Position numbers and translations under genes: made by a program
Notes under the pieces: generated by a model
Told to the model about the DNA's origin: nothing
The model's input: only the letters and a program-made list of their open reading frames with translations
Database searches by the model: none
Source of the DNA: an uncultured Caulobacter sp.
GTDB taxonomy: Bacteria > Pseudomonadota > Alphaproteobacteria > Caulobacterales > Caulobacteraceae
Reading direction: 5' to 3'
Assembly: GCA_937925635.1 (NCBI GenBank)
Contig: CALALX010000003.1
Location: 6,598 to 70,597 of the forward strand
Length of the DNA stretch: 64,000 nucleotides
Part shown: positions 18,787 to 29,598 of the stretch, piece by piece
Layout: the number at the start of each line of letters is the position of its first letter
Position numbering within the stretch: position 1 is the first letter of the stretch

Positions 18787-19572
18787 CTACGCCATCTTCC
18801 CCGGCACCACTGGGTGGCTGCTCGACAGGCCGCCGTCGACCGCGATGGCCTGGCCGTTGACGTAGCTGGCGTCGTCCGAGGCCAGGAACAGCGCCACCTG
18901 GGCGATCTCTTCCGGCACGGCCCCGCGGCGCAGGGGGTTCAGCTGGCCGATCTTGCCCTCGGTGCCGCGCTCGCGGGCGCGGTCGAAGACGTACTGGGTC
19001 ATGCCGGTCTCGGTCAGGCCGGGGCAGACGGCGTTGATACGCACGCCGGTGCCGGCCAGCTGGTTGGCCGCCGTCTGGACGATGCTGATCACGCCGGCCT
19101 TGGACGCGCTGTAGGGCATGCCGCCGGCGCCCGAGCGGATGCCGGCCACGCTGGCGGTGCAGATGATCGAGCCCTTGCCGTTGGCGACCATCAGCCGCGC
19201 CGCCGCCTGGACGGCCAGGAAGACGCCGACGGTGTTGATGCGCAGCACCTCGTGCCAGTGCTCGGGCGTCAGGTCGAACAGGCCCGGCAGGCCGCCGGAG
19301 ACTCCGGCGTTGGCGAACATCACGTCGACGCCGCCGAGCATCTCGGCCGCCTCGATGGCCTTGTTGATCACCTCAGGGGTGGCGACGTCGCCGACGATGG
19401 CCACGCCCCGGCCGCCGGCCGCGGTGACCATGTCCAGCGTCTCGTTCACCTTGTCGGACACGTCGGCCAGCACGACGGTCGCGCCGGCGGCGCTGAACAG
19501 CTTCGCGGCGGCGCGGCCGATGCCGCTGGCCGCGCCGGTGATGATCGCTGTCTTGCCTTCGAGACTGGCCAT
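18787..19572 (-). CDS. SDR family NAD(P)-dependent oxidoreductase
   Basis: TGAASGIG, FANAG, YSASK and NAVCPG. Confidence 0.93.
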   Translation of the reverse strand: MASLEGKTAIITGAASGIGRAAAKLFSAAGATVVLADVSDKVNETLDMVTAAGGRGVAIVGDVATPEVINKAIEAAEMLGGVDVMFANAGVSGGLPGLFDLTPEHWHEVLRINTVGVFLAVQAAARLMVANGKGSIICTASVAGIRSGAGGMPYSASKAGVISIVQTAANQLAGTGVRINAVCPGLTETGMTQYVFDRARERGTEGKIGQLNPLRRGAVPEEIAQVALFLASDDASYVNGQAIAVDGGLSSSHPVVPGKMA

Positions 19573-19596
19573 GGTTCACTTCCCTTGGGTTACTTT

Positions 19597-19610
19597 TAAA
19601 CGGATGTTTG
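19597..19610. promoter_or_regulatory. Putative AAAC-N4-GTTT operator upstream of the SDR gene
   Basis: taaac ggat gtttg, 25 bp from the SDR start; same core as 22767-22782. Confidence 0.45.
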
Positions 19611-19706
19611 ACACGCGAGCGGCCCGGCGCCTAGCCGCGCCTTGTGCGGAAACCGCCCGCGCTCTAGGTTCGCGACCTTTCCGGGGCGGCCGGCGTTAGG
19701 CGATTC

Positions 19707-20669
19707 ATGGTCCACCACTATCTCGAGTTCGAACGGCCGATCGCCGAACTGGAAGGCAAGATCGAGGAGCTTTCGCGCCTCTCGGAGACCGCCGGGGCAG
19801 GGTCGTTCGACAGCGAGATCGACGCCCTGCGCACGCGCCTGGGCCAGCTGCGCCGCGAGTCCTACGCCGCCCTGACGCCCTGGCAGAAAGCCCAGGTGGC
19901 CCGCCATCCCGAGCGCCCGCACTTCGTGAACTACCTGGACGGGCTGATCGAAGAGTTCGTCGAGCTGCGCGGCGACCGCAAGTTCGCCGACGACCAGGCG
20001 ATCATGGGCGGCCTCGGCCGCTTCCGCGGCATGCCCGTGATGGTGATCGGCCAGGAGAAGGGGCACGACACCACCACCCGCCTGAAGCACAACTTCGGCA
20101 TGGCCAGGCCTGAAGGATACCGGAAGGCCGTGCGTCTGATGGACATGGCCGAGCAGTTCAACCTGCCGGTGCTGACCTTCGTCGACACCGCCGGCGCCTA
20201 TCCGGGTCTCGGCGCCGAGGAGCGCGGCCAGGCCGAGGCGATCGCCCGCGGCACCGAACGGTGCCTGACCCTCAAGACCCCCATGATCGCCACGGTCACC
20301 GGCGAGGGCATGAGCGGCGGCGCCATCGGCATCGCGGCCGGCAACAAGGTTCTGATCCTCGAGCACGGCATCTATTCGGTGATCAGCCCCGAGGGCGCAG
20401 CCTCGATCCTGTGGCGCGACGGCGCGCGGGCCAAGGACGCGGCCGAGCAGATGCACATCACCGCCCAGGACCTGATCAAGACCGGCGTCGTGGATCGGAT
20501 CATCGACGAGCCGGCCGGCGGCGCCCATTCGGACCCCGAGACCACGGTCCAGGCCGTCGGCGACGCGATCGAGGAGGAGCTGCGGGCCCTCTCCGAGCTG
20601 ACCCCGGACCAGCTGCTGAAGCAGCGCGCCGACCGTTACTACGCCATCGGTCGCCAGGGCCTGTCCTGA
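19707..20669 (+). CDS. accA: Acetyl-CoA carboxylase carboxyltransferase alpha subunit
   Basis: YLEFERPIAEL, ARHPERP, NFGMARPEGYRKA, DTAGAYPG and SGGAIG. Confidence 0.97.
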   Translation: MVHHYLEFERPIAELEGKIEELSRLSETAGAGSFDSEIDALRTRLGQLRRESYAALTPWQKAQVARHPERPHFVNYLDGLIEEFVELRGDRKFADDQAIMGGLGRFRGMPVMVIGQEKGHDTTTRLKHNFGMARPEGYRKAVRLMDMAEQFNLPVLTFVDTAGAYPGLGAEERGQAEAIARGTERCLTLKTPMIATVTGEGMSGGAIGIAAGNKVLILEHGIYSVISPEGAASILWRDGARAKDAAEQMHITAQDLIKTGVVDRIIDEPAGGAHSDPETTVQAVGDAIEEELRALSELTPDQLLKQRADRYYAIGRQGLS

Positions 20670-20673
20670 CGTC

Positions 20674-21492
20674 TCAAGCGAAGAGCTCGGCCAGCTTCTC
20701 GCGGCTCCGCTCGAAGGCCTTCTGACGGAAAGAGACATAGGGGGCCGCCGCGGCGGCTCCGAACGCCAGCGCGGCGGTGCTGATGACCACGCCCGCGGCG
20801 AGGCCGGAAAGCAAGAACACGGCAACGAACGCCGGTGTCGCTGCCTCCGCGATTCCGCCGCCGTCCTTGAAGGGCGCCGCGACGACTCCGATCAGCGCCA
20901 TCAGGAGGGAGTAGAGGATGAAGGCTCCCGCCAAGATCGCGATGCGGCTCAGGAGCAGAAAGCCGAACAGACCGAAGCGATAGTTCTCGCTGATCCCGGC
21001 GCTGCGCCCGAAGGCGCCGAAGCCGGCCTTGTCGATCACCAAGGCAGGCACCGTCATGCAGAAGAACACCGCCACGAGAATGCCCGGGAAGATGAAAAAG
21101 AGGGTGCCGATGTAGGTGGCGATGAGGGTCAGAATGACGATGAAACCAGACGGGAAGGCGTACCGCCAGCCGGCGGACCAGGCGTCCTTGAGGCCGGCCT
21201 TTCGCCCTTCCAGGCGGCAGAGGCCGCCGTAGGCGCCTAGCGCCTGGCTCAGGCCGATCCAGAAGACCCCGGCGATGATCGCGAATATGACTCCGGCGAC
21301 GGTCAGCGCCGTGGCAGGCTGGCCTTCGGCGAACGCGCCGCCCAGGTAGGCGAGCAGCTGCACCGCGCCGAGCGCGATCCATGCGGCCATCTGGATGACC
21401 GTGAAGACGACGAAGTTGTGGGCGATGATGCCGAACGCGTGCGCGAACGCGCCGCCGACCGTGAACGATCGGCTCGTACTCTGCAGATCCAT
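20674..21492 (-). CDS. Hypothetical polytopic membrane protein
   Basis: 272 aa with about six hydrophobic segments; pattern FFIFPGI...ALVIDKAG.GAFGRS. Confidence 0.7.
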   Translation of the reverse strand: MDLQSTSRSFTVGGAFAHAFGIIAHNFVVFTVIQMAAWIALGAVQLLAYLGGAFAEGQPATALTVAGVIFAIIAGVFWIGLSQALGAYGGLCRLEGRKAGLKDAWSAGWRYAFPSGFIVILTLIATYIGTLFFIFPGILVAVFFCMTVPALVIDKAGFGAFGRSAGISENYRFGLFGFLLLSRIAILAGAFILYSLLMALIGVVAAPFKDGGGIAEAATPAFVAVFLLSGLAAGVVISTAALAFGAAAAAPYVSFRQKAFERSREKLAELFA

Positions 21493-21651
21493 GAACGCCC
21501 CCTACTGCCCGGCACGACTCTAGGGCGAGCAGTCGCCGGCGCCAAGCACCGGTCGTGACGCCGGGCCCGGGCGCCAGATTGTCGCAGGCCCTGAGCCTAC
21601 CCGTTGCATTAACCACCCGCCGATAGCCTGCGACAGGGGCAGGAGCGCGGC

Positions 21652-22245
21652 GTGCCGGAATCCATCGAACCGGGGGAGAGGAAGGCGGGGCCGAGCCTCA
21701 ACCCGAGCGCCGTGTTCAATCTGTCCAAGGCCGTGGTCATGGTCGTGGACGACGAGTCGTTCTCCCTGCGCCTCACCACCCAGATGCTGCTCGGGTTCGG
21801 CGTGCGCACCCGCTACTCGTGCGAGTCCGCCGACGAGGCGATGACGACGCTGAAGGCGCATCCTGTCGATCTTGTGATCGTCGACGCCGAGATGCCGGGC
21901 AAGGACGGCTACGATCTGGTCCGCTGGCTGCGTCGCTCCGGCCTCGACAACGCCTGGTCGCCAGCCCTGATGGTCAGCGGCCACACGCCCGAGTCCAAGG
22001 TCGCCAAGGCCCGCGACTGCGGCGCCAACTTCATCGTCGCCCGCCCGCTGACGGCCGCCTTGTTACTGGATCGGATTCTGTGGGTCGCCAAGGACGTCCG
22101 CGGCATGCTGGAAACGAGCACCTACTCCGGCCCTGACCGCCGATTCAGGGAGCTGGGCCCGCCAGAGGGCGTCGCCGAGCGCCGGGCGGACATTCTGAGC
22201 CAGGGGGGGCTCGAAAGCCTCGAAGATGGAAGGTTGAAGGCATGA
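21652..22245 (+). CDS. Cle-type CheY-like response regulator with C-terminal c-di-GMP-binding arginine-rich region
   Basis: Receiver (VVDDE, IVDAEMP, VSGH) followed by YSGPDRR, which fits the Cle [YF]xGPx[RK]R motif. Confidence 0.8.
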   Translation: MPESIEPGERKAGPSLNPSAVFNLSKAVVMVVDDESFSLRLTTQMLLGFGVRTRYSCESADEAMTTLKAHPVDLVIVDAEMPGKDGYDLVRWLRRSGLDNAWSPALMVSGHTPESKVAKARDCGANFIVARPLTAALLLDRILWVAKDVRGMLETSTYSGPDRRFRELGPPEGVAERRADILSQGGLESLEDGRLKA

Positions 22246-22715
22246 GCGGCGTCACCTGGGTCATGCGCCGCTCGAAGCTGTCGCGGCTGGTCAATCAGCC
22301 CGGCGGGACGACGGTCGGCGCGGCGCTCGAGGCGGCCGCCTTCGAGACACGGGAGTTCCGCGCCGAAGCGATGACGATCGTGACCGCCGCGCTCGACGAG
22401 CTGGACGCGGTGCTGGCGTCGCCGCCGGCCGATGAGGCCGTCCAGGCGTGGCTTGAGACAGTCTACTTCCTGGCCACCCGCATTTCCGACACCGCCGGTC
22501 CCTTCGGCTTCGAGGATATGTGCGCCGCCGCCTTCAGCCTCTGCGAGCTGTCCGACCGCCAGAAGCGGTCCGGGACCCTGGAGCTGCCGCCGCTCAAGGT
22601 GCATGCCGCCTCGCTGCGGCTGCTGTTCGCCGAGGATCAACCGCCGGCCGCCCGCAAGGCGGTGCTCGATGGCCTGGCTCAGGTCGTCGAACGGACACGA
22701 AAGCCGGCTGCCTGA
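22242..22715 (+). CDS. CheE-like helical protein (degenerate Hpt-like)
   Basis: ATRISDTAGPFG aligns with the Hpt pattern AHxLKGxAGxFG with His replaced by Thr; ATGA overlap with the Cle gene. Confidence 0.6.
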   Translation: MSGVTWVMRRSKLSRLVNQPGGTTVGAALEAAAFETREFRAEAMTIVTAALDELDAVLASPPADEAVQAWLETVYFLATRISDTAGPFGFEDMCAAAFSLCELSDRQKRSGTLELPPLKVHAASLRLLFAEDQPPAARKAVLDGLAQVVERTRKPAA

Positions 22716-22759
22716 GCGCCCGCCACGGCCTATTGCCTGACGTCGGGTGACGTGTCTGA

Positions 22760-23794
<1,035 letters not shown>

Positions 23795-23878
23795 GGGCCG
23801 GCCGCCTCCCGCATGACCAAGGCTTAACTTCAAACTGTCGCGAGCGGGTCATAGGCTCTCCGGAAAACGGAGGCTCCG

Positions 23879-24730
23879 ATGGCCCGCTCGTTTCGCCTGT
23901 CCGCACCCTTGGCGCTGTCGGTTCTGATCGCCGGCTGCACGGTCAGCGCGGAGCGGTTCCCGACATCGGGCGACTATCCGCCCACGACCATGCAGCGCTA
24001 CGCCTTCCAGGCCGGCGGCCATCCCTGGACGCTGTCGGCGTTGCGCACGCCACGCGACGCGCCGTGGAAGGTCGTCATCGTCACCGGCACGCCGTCCTGG
24101 TCGGAGTATTGGGCTCCGACGCTGGCGGCCTTGCCGAAGGACTACACCATGGTCGTCGCAGACCGACCGGGGTTCGCCATGAGCCAGCCGGACGGCGTGG
24201 TGGGATCAATCGTCGACCAGGCGGACGCGCTCAGCCCGCTGCTAGAGGCGGCGCCAGGCCAGAAGGTGATCCTGGTCGGTCAGTCCTACGGCGCGCCGAT
24301 CGCCGCCCTGATGGCCCAGCGCCATCCCGGCAAGGTGCAGGCGTTGGTGCTGGTCAGCCCCTTCTTCGGCGAGCGCGGCGAGACGGCGCAGCGGCTTACC
24401 GGCCTCGGCGGCTTGGTGCGGCCGATGTTGCCGCGTGATCTGAAGAACTCGATCGCCGAGGTGAGGGGGCAGGCCGCGCAGCTGCCCGCAGCCCGCGCGG
24501 CGCTGAAGGGACTGACCGTCCCGGTGCTGGTCGTCCACGGCGACGCTGACGACTTCGTACCGGTCGCCTCGGCGCGTACGATCGCAAGGGATGGAGGACC
24601 GGCCGGCCGCACGCAGCTGGTCGAGGTGCCGGGCGGCGACCACTTCCTCAACGCCTGCTGCGTGCCGGCATTGCTATCCGCCTTCGAGAAGGCTGCGGCC
24701 CTGGCGTCGTCGCCGCCTCAGCCTCGCTAG
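23879..24730 (+). CDS. Alpha/beta hydrolase lipoprotein
   Basis: Lipobox LIAGC, nucleophile GQSYG, HGDADD and GGDHFL. Confidence 0.85.
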   Translation: MARSFRLSAPLALSVLIAGCTVSAERFPTSGDYPPTTMQRYAFQAGGHPWTLSALRTPRDAPWKVVIVTGTPSWSEYWAPTLAALPKDYTMVVADRPGFAMSQPDGVVGSIVDQADALSPLLEAAPGQKVILVGQSYGAPIAALMAQRHPGKVQALVLVSPFFGERGETAQRLTGLGGLVRPMLPRDLKNSIAEVRGQAAQLPAARAALKGLTVPVLVVHGDADDFVPVASARTIARDGGPAGRTQLVEVPGGDHFLNACCVPALLSAFEKAAALASSPPQPR

Positions 24731-24736
24731 CCCGTC

Positions 24737-25630
24737 TCAGGCTTCCTCGGTCTCGGCCGGCGCGCCTTCGCCGCCCTCGAAGCTGCGCGGCGCACGCCGA
24801 CGGCGCGGCTTTTTAGGTTCGCTCGTCTCTTCGGCTTGGGCGGGGCGGCCCAGGAAGGCCGGCAGCTCGCTCACGGCGCCGTCCTGACCGCGCAGGCGCG
24901 GTGACTCTTCCGAGGACGGTTCGGCGGGCAGCGGCGCGGCTTGCGGCTCGATCACGGCCAGGGGATCGCGCGGCGCCTCGGCGGCGCGCTCCTGGCGATC
25001 ACGGTCGCGGTCGCGCCACCGATCCCGGCGGCCGCCGCCTTCGCCGCGATCCTCCCGCGGACGGTCGTCGCGCGGGCGCTCGTCGCGAGGACGGTCATCG
25101 CGAGGACGATCGTCCCGGTCCCGGTCCCGGTCACGGTCGCGGGGCCGGTCGTCCCGGTCGCGCCGGTTCTCGAAGCGGTCCCGATCGCGACGGCCCTCGA
25201 AACGCTGGCTGTCGCGGCCTTCACGCTGGCTGCCCTCGCCGCCCTCGCCCTCGGCGGCTTCAGCCGCCTCGGCCGGGGCTTCCGGCAGTTCTTCCGGCTC
25301 GGCCTCGAAGTCGATGTCGAAGCCCGAGGCGAACTGCTCGCGGCCGACGATGTCGGCGACCGGACGGTGGGGCTGCATCGCGCGCAGCGTGCGGAAATAG
25401 TGTTCGGCGTGCTGCAGGTAGTTTTCGGCCAGCACCCGGTCGCCGGCCGACGACGCGTCGCGCGCGAGCTGCTGGTATTTCTCGAAGACGCCCTGGGCCG
25501 CGCCGCGGACCTTCACGCCCTCGGGGCCGTTGGACTCGAACGCCCGATTGGCGTTCTGCTGGGGCTTGTTGCCGCCGCCACCGCCGCGATTGCGACCGCG
25601 CTGACGCTTCATACCCTTGAAATCTCTCAT
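24737..25630 (-). CDS. DUF4167 domain protein with long R/D/E low-complexity tail
   Basis: FESNGPEG.KVRG......EKYQQLARDA...GDRVLAENYLQHAEHYFR. Confidence 0.9.
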   Translation of the reverse strand: MRDFKGMKRQRGRNRGGGGGNKPQQNANRAFESNGPEGVKVRGAAQGVFEKYQQLARDASSAGDRVLAENYLQHAEHYFRTLRAMQPHRPVADIVGREQFASGFDIDFEAEPEELPEAPAEAAEAAEGEGGEGSQREGRDSQRFEGRRDRDRFENRRDRDDRPRDRDRDRDRDDRPRDDRPRDERPRDDRPREDRGEGGGRRDRWRDRDRDRQERAAEAPRDPLAVIEPQAAPLPAEPSSEESPRLRGQDGAVSELPAFLGRPAQAEETSEPKKPRRRRAPRSFEGGEGAPAETEEA

Positions 25631-25865
25631 CTTACCCTTCGACCTGCACTGCGGCGGACCCCGTGGAACGGACCTCGCCGGCTGGTTCTGGAGACCTATG
25701 CGGGCGCATTGGCCCGGTTTGTTGTTCTCGAAGACGCTGTTCTGATGTTCCCGCCCGGCTTTCCAGCGCTGCGATCCGGCCTGGCAAGGCTTCGCGCGTC
25801 CGTCGTCGAGACTTTCGATCTACGGCGATCTGGATGGGAACGAGTCGAGATGTAGCGCTTCGGTC

Positions 25866-26726
25866 CTATGTTTCCAAGGGGTTTTTCGCGCCCGCGACAA
25901 CCCGGTCCCGCAGGGCGAGGTCCTTGATGGTCCGGACGCCGCTGGCTCCGGCCGCGCGAAAGAGAGCCTCGACCTGCGCCGACTGGGTATGGCCGATCTC
26001 CACGGCGAACAGGCCGCCGGGCTTGAGCACGCGCAGGATCTCCGGCGCCAGCACGCGGTACGGATCAAGACCGTCCGGTCCGCCGTCGAGGGCCAGCCGC
26101 GGCTCGTGGTCGCGCACCTCCGGGTCGAGGGTCTCGATCTCGTCGGTGGCGATGTAGGGCGGGTTGGAGACCACCAGGTCGAAGGTCGCGTCGCCCAATC
26201 CGGCCGTCCAGTCTCCTCGCAGCAGCGCCAGGCGATTGTTCAGATCCAGGTTGGCGGCGTTCTCGCGCGCCACGGCCAACGCCTCTTCGGAAATGTCGAT
26301 GCCGAGACCCTTGGCGGCGGGCCGTTCGGCCAGGATGGCCAGCAGGATGGCGCCGGAGCCGACGCCCAGGTCCAGCACATTAAAGGCCATGTGCTCGGGA
26401 AAGGCCTTCAGGGCCTCGTCGACGATCACTTCGGTATCGGGACGCGGCGTGAGGACGTCCTTCGTCACGCCCAGCATGATCTTCCAGAAGCCCTTGCGCC
26501 CCAGGATATGGCTGACCGGCTCGCGGCGCAGGCGGCGTGCGATGTAGCCGTCGTAGGTCTCCATCTGTTCGGCGGTCAGCATCCGGTGCGGATCGGTGAT
26601 GATCTCCACCCGAGTCACCCCCGCCGCGGCCTCGAGCAGCAGGCGAGCGTCGATCACCGGCTGGTCGATGCCGCCGGTCTCCAGCGTCTCACGGCCGGCC
26701 TTCCAGGTCTTGACCAGGGTCGACAT
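25866..26726 (-). CDS. prmC: Release factor glutamine methyltransferase
   Basis: ATG at 26726 (MSTLVKTW); EPVSHILG, PRPDTE, LDLGVGSGAI, NPPY and EPRLALDGG. Confidence 0.95.
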   Translation of the reverse strand: MSTLVKTWKAGRETLETGGIDQPVIDARLLLEAAAGVTRVEIITDPHRMLTAEQMETYDGYIARRLRREPVSHILGRKGFWKIMLGVTKDVLTPRPDTEVIVDEALKAFPEHMAFNVLDLGVGSGAILLAILAERPAAKGLGIDISEEALAVARENAANLDLNNRLALLRGDWTAGLGDATFDLVVSNPPYIATDEIETLDPEVRDHEPRLALDGGPDGLDPYRVLAPEILRVLKPGGLFAVEIGHTQSAQVEALFRAAGASGVRTIKDLALRDRVVAGAKNPLET

Positions 26727-27487
26727 CAGATCAGCTCCAGGGCGTCGCCCTCGACGATCCGTCCGGCGGCGGTCGTCTGGACATAGATTCCGCACAGGGC
26801 GTGGCCGTAGTTGTCGAACAGCGCCTTGACCACGTCGATGTCGCGCGCGGCGGTGACCGGATCGACATGGGTGGCGACGCAGCGGACGATCGGTTTGAAG
26901 ACCGTGGTCGTCGCGCCGCCGATGCGCAGCGCCTTGCCTTGCCAATGGTTCTCGACCCAGGGCTCCCAGCCCTCGACGTAGAGGTTGGCGCGGAAACGCA
27001 GCGGGTCGAGCGGCCGCCCGATCCGCTGCTCGAGGTCGCGGACGCTGGCCAGGTTGATGATCGAAACGTGGCCCAGCGGGTGGTCGGTGAAGCGCCACGA
27101 CCCCGGCGCGACCACAACCTTCAGCGGAGCGTCGGCCTCTTCGCCGAGCAGGGTCGTCAACCAGTTGGCGAAGGCCTCGCGCCCGGCCGAGGTCGTCAGC
27201 GGCGCGGCAATGTCCGGCAGGCCGTCGGCGCGGGCGGAGAAAACGCCTGTGACGTCGTCATAGGTCGTGCGCGCCTTGGCCACATCCGCGATCCGCGCCA
27301 ACACCGCGAACTTCATCTTGGAGACGAACGCCGGGGTCTCCGGATCGAATCCGCTCGGCCCTACCTCGACGGCGTAAAGCCGGTCGCCCGGAAAACCTTC
27401 GCCCACGGCCAGATCGGCGCTGGCCAGCCGTTCCGGCGTGAAGCCCTTCACGGGATGGCGATAGAGGGCGGTGATGCGGGCGGCCAT
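26726..27487 (-). CDS. MOSC domain protein (MOSC_N + MOSC)
   Basis: LYRHPVKG, GDRLYA, RFRANL and RCVATHVDP; stop codon overlaps the prmC start (TGATG). Confidence 0.9.
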   Translation of the reverse strand: MAARITALYRHPVKGFTPERLASADLAVGEGFPGDRLYAVEVGPSGFDPETPAFVSKMKFAVLARIADVAKARTTYDDVTGVFSARADGLPDIAAPLTTSAGREAFANWLTTLLGEEADAPLKVVVAPGSWRFTDHPLGHVSIINLASVRDLEQRIGRPLDPLRFRANLYVEGWEPWVENHWQGKALRIGGATTTVFKPIVRCVATHVDPVTAARDIDVVKALFDNYGHALCGIYVQTTAAGRIVEGDALELI

Positions 27488-27706
27488 GATCCGTCACTGC
27501 CCCAGCGACGCCGTCGCGGCAACCCCGGAACGCGGGAGCTTTCGGCGGCACTCATCCGCGATGGGCGACACCGTCGGCAGGCCGCTGCACCCGCGCGAGA
27601 CGATCCGGGCGAGCGCCGGCGCCGGCCGCCCCGTCCGCGAGAACCCCAGGACGGCGCGGGTGGAGCCCCCGCCAGGCCTCCCGTTGATGATCTGCCATCC
27701 CCCGGC

Positions 27707-28918
27707 TCAGGTCTCCGACGCCAGCGCGTGGAATCGGGCGATGGCGCCGTAGACGCCGAGGCCGACGCCCATCGCCGCCTTGTCGAAGTCGATCGCGTTC
27801 TGGGCCAGGAAGACCATGACCGAGCCGTCCGTCGGGTCCGCCTGCCACCAGCCGCCATACGCGCCAGGCCAGGCCACGGCGCCCACGCCGCCCTTGCCGC
27901 GCTGGACGTCCGCCCTCGCCGGATCGGTCACCACCGCCAGTCCAAGGCCGAAGCCCTGGCCCGAGAAGACCGGCAGGCCGAGCAGTGTCGCGCTCTCGAC
28001 CTGCTCCGGCGTCAGATGGTTGGTGGTCATTCGCCGCACGGTCTCGACCTTCAGCAGCCGCACGCCGTCGACGGCCCCATCTCCGACGAACATCCGCGCG
28101 AACTTCAGGTAGTCGTCGACCGTGGACCAGAGGCCGGCGCCGCCGGACTCGAACGTCAGGCCAACGGGACGCTCAGCCAGGAAGGCCGGGCCTTCCGGCG
28201 GGTGCACCGGCCGGTGCTCAAGCCGACCCTCGTCGTCGAAGCCGTAGAGCCTTGCGCGGCGGTGATGCTTTCCCTGCGGTACGATGAAGCCCGTGTCGGC
28301 CATGCCCAGCGGCCGAAAGATGCGCTCGGCCAGCAGCTCGCCGAGGCTCTGGCCGGCGATCCGGGCGATGAGCAGTCCCAGCAACTCGCTTGAGAAGCCG
28401 TAGTGGAAGTTGGCGCCCGGCTGGTCGATCAGCGGCAGGCCGGCCATGGCCGCGATCCAGTCGTCCGGCGATCGCGGGCTGTCGATGTCCATACCGAAGG
28501 CGCCGGCATAGGCCGCCGCGATCGGCCCGCTGTGGAAGCCGCCGACGGTGATCCCGGACCGATGGGTCAGCAGGTCCAGCATGGTGATCGACCGCTCGGC
28601 CGGAACGGTGTCGTCCAGCGCGCCCTCCGGCGAGCGCAGCACACGCATGTCGGCGAACTCGGGCGCCCAACGGGTGATCGGGTCATCGAGCGCGAATCGG
28701 CCTTCGTCATACAGCGACAGCGCGGCCGTCGCGGTGATCGGTTTGCTCATCGAGGCGATGCGGAAGATCGTGTCCCGCTGCATGGGCAGGCCCGCCTCGC
28801 GGTCGCGCAGCCCGACGGCCGCCGCATGGACCACACGGTCTCGCCAGACCAGCGCGGCGGCGCCGGCGATCTGGCCCCCGTCGACAAAGGCCCGCAGTTG
28901 CGTCTCGATGGCGTCCAT
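27707..28918 (-). CDS. Serine hydrolase, beta-lactamase/esterase family
   Basis: FRIASMSK (SxxK), LLTHRSG, FHYG and WPGAYG. Confidence 0.92.
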   Translation of the reverse strand: MDAIETQLRAFVDGGQIAGAAALVWRDRVVHAAAVGLRDREAGLPMQRDTIFRIASMSKPITATAALSLYDEGRFALDDPITRWAPEFADMRVLRSPEGALDDTVPAERSITMLDLLTHRSGITVGGFHSGPIAAAYAGAFGMDIDSPRSPDDWIAAMAGLPLIDQPGANFHYGFSSELLGLLIARIAGQSLGELLAERIFRPLGMADTGFIVPQGKHHRRARLYGFDDEGRLEHRPVHPPEGPAFLAERPVGLTFESGGAGLWSTVDDYLKFARMFVGDGAVDGVRLLKVETVRRMTTNHLTPEQVESATLLGLPVFSGQGFGLGLAVVTDPARADVQRGKGGVGAVAWPGAYGGWWQADPTDGSVMVFLAQNAIDFDKAAMGVGLGVYGAIARFHALASET

Positions 28919-28939
28919 GACCGCTCCCCGAAAGTGGCC

Positions 28940-28956
28940 CTATTATAAAATAATAG
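28940..28956. promoter_or_regulatory. AT-rich palindromic operator between the divergent serine hydrolase and TetR genes
   Basis: ctattat-aaa-ataatag with perfect 7-bp arms. Confidence 0.6.
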
Positions 28957-28986
28957 AATTACAAAATTCCGGACTATGGTCGCGTC

Positions 28987-29598
28987 ATGACCGCAGAAGC
29001 GTTGGAATCGTCGCCTCGCCGCCGGCCGAAGGGCGACAAGCGGGCGCGAACCCGCGCGGCGCTGCTGGACGCCGCGCTGGAACTGACGCGCCGCGACGGC
29101 TTCGAGGCGACCACGCTGCAGGCGATCGCCGAGCAGGCGGGCATGACCACCGGCGCCATCTACGGCAACTTCCGCAATCGGGATGAACTGTTCATGGCCC
29201 TGGCGGAGCGCCAGTGGACGCAGATCCGACCCGTCTTCCGCCCGGGCTGCAGCTTCGCGGAGATGATGGACGCTGTCGCGGACGCGGTGATCGCGGCCGC
29301 CCGCGAGCGGCGGGAGAGCGCGGTCGGGGCCCTGACGTTCCGCGCCTACGCCCTGCGCCACGAGGAGGTGCGCGAGCGGTTCCGCGACGCCGTGGCGCCC
29401 GGCTACGACGCCGGCGCCGCCTGGTTCAGGGCCAACTGGCGCGAGGACCAGTTGCCGATGCCGGCGGAGACGCTGGTGCGGGTGATCAACGCCATGATCG
29501 AGGGCCTGCTGTTCCAGCGCTTCCTGACGCCGGAACTGACGCCCGACAGCGTCATCCGTTCAGCCTTCGCCGTGCTGGCGGCGCGGCGGGCGGCTTAG
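28987..29598 (+). CDS. TetR/AcrR family transcriptional regulator
   Basis: [10 protein letters not shown]...[25 protein letters not shown]. Confidence 0.93.
   Translation: MTAEALESSPRRRPKGDKRARTRAALLDAALELTRRDGFEATTLQAIAEQAGMTTGAIYGNFRNRDELFMALAERQWTQIRPVFRPGCSFAEMMDAVADAVIAAARERRESAVGALTFRAYALRHEEVRERFRDAVAPGYDAGAAWFRANWREDQLPMPAETLVRVINAMIEGLLFQRFLTPELTPDSVIRSAFAVLAARRAA

Noticed and set aside
27488-27706. Moco riboswitch or structured RNA upstream of the MOSC gene
   Set aside because: Nested IRs (27588-27596/27654-27662) are short and GC-only, expected by chance in this DNA; no Moco-motif consensus recognised
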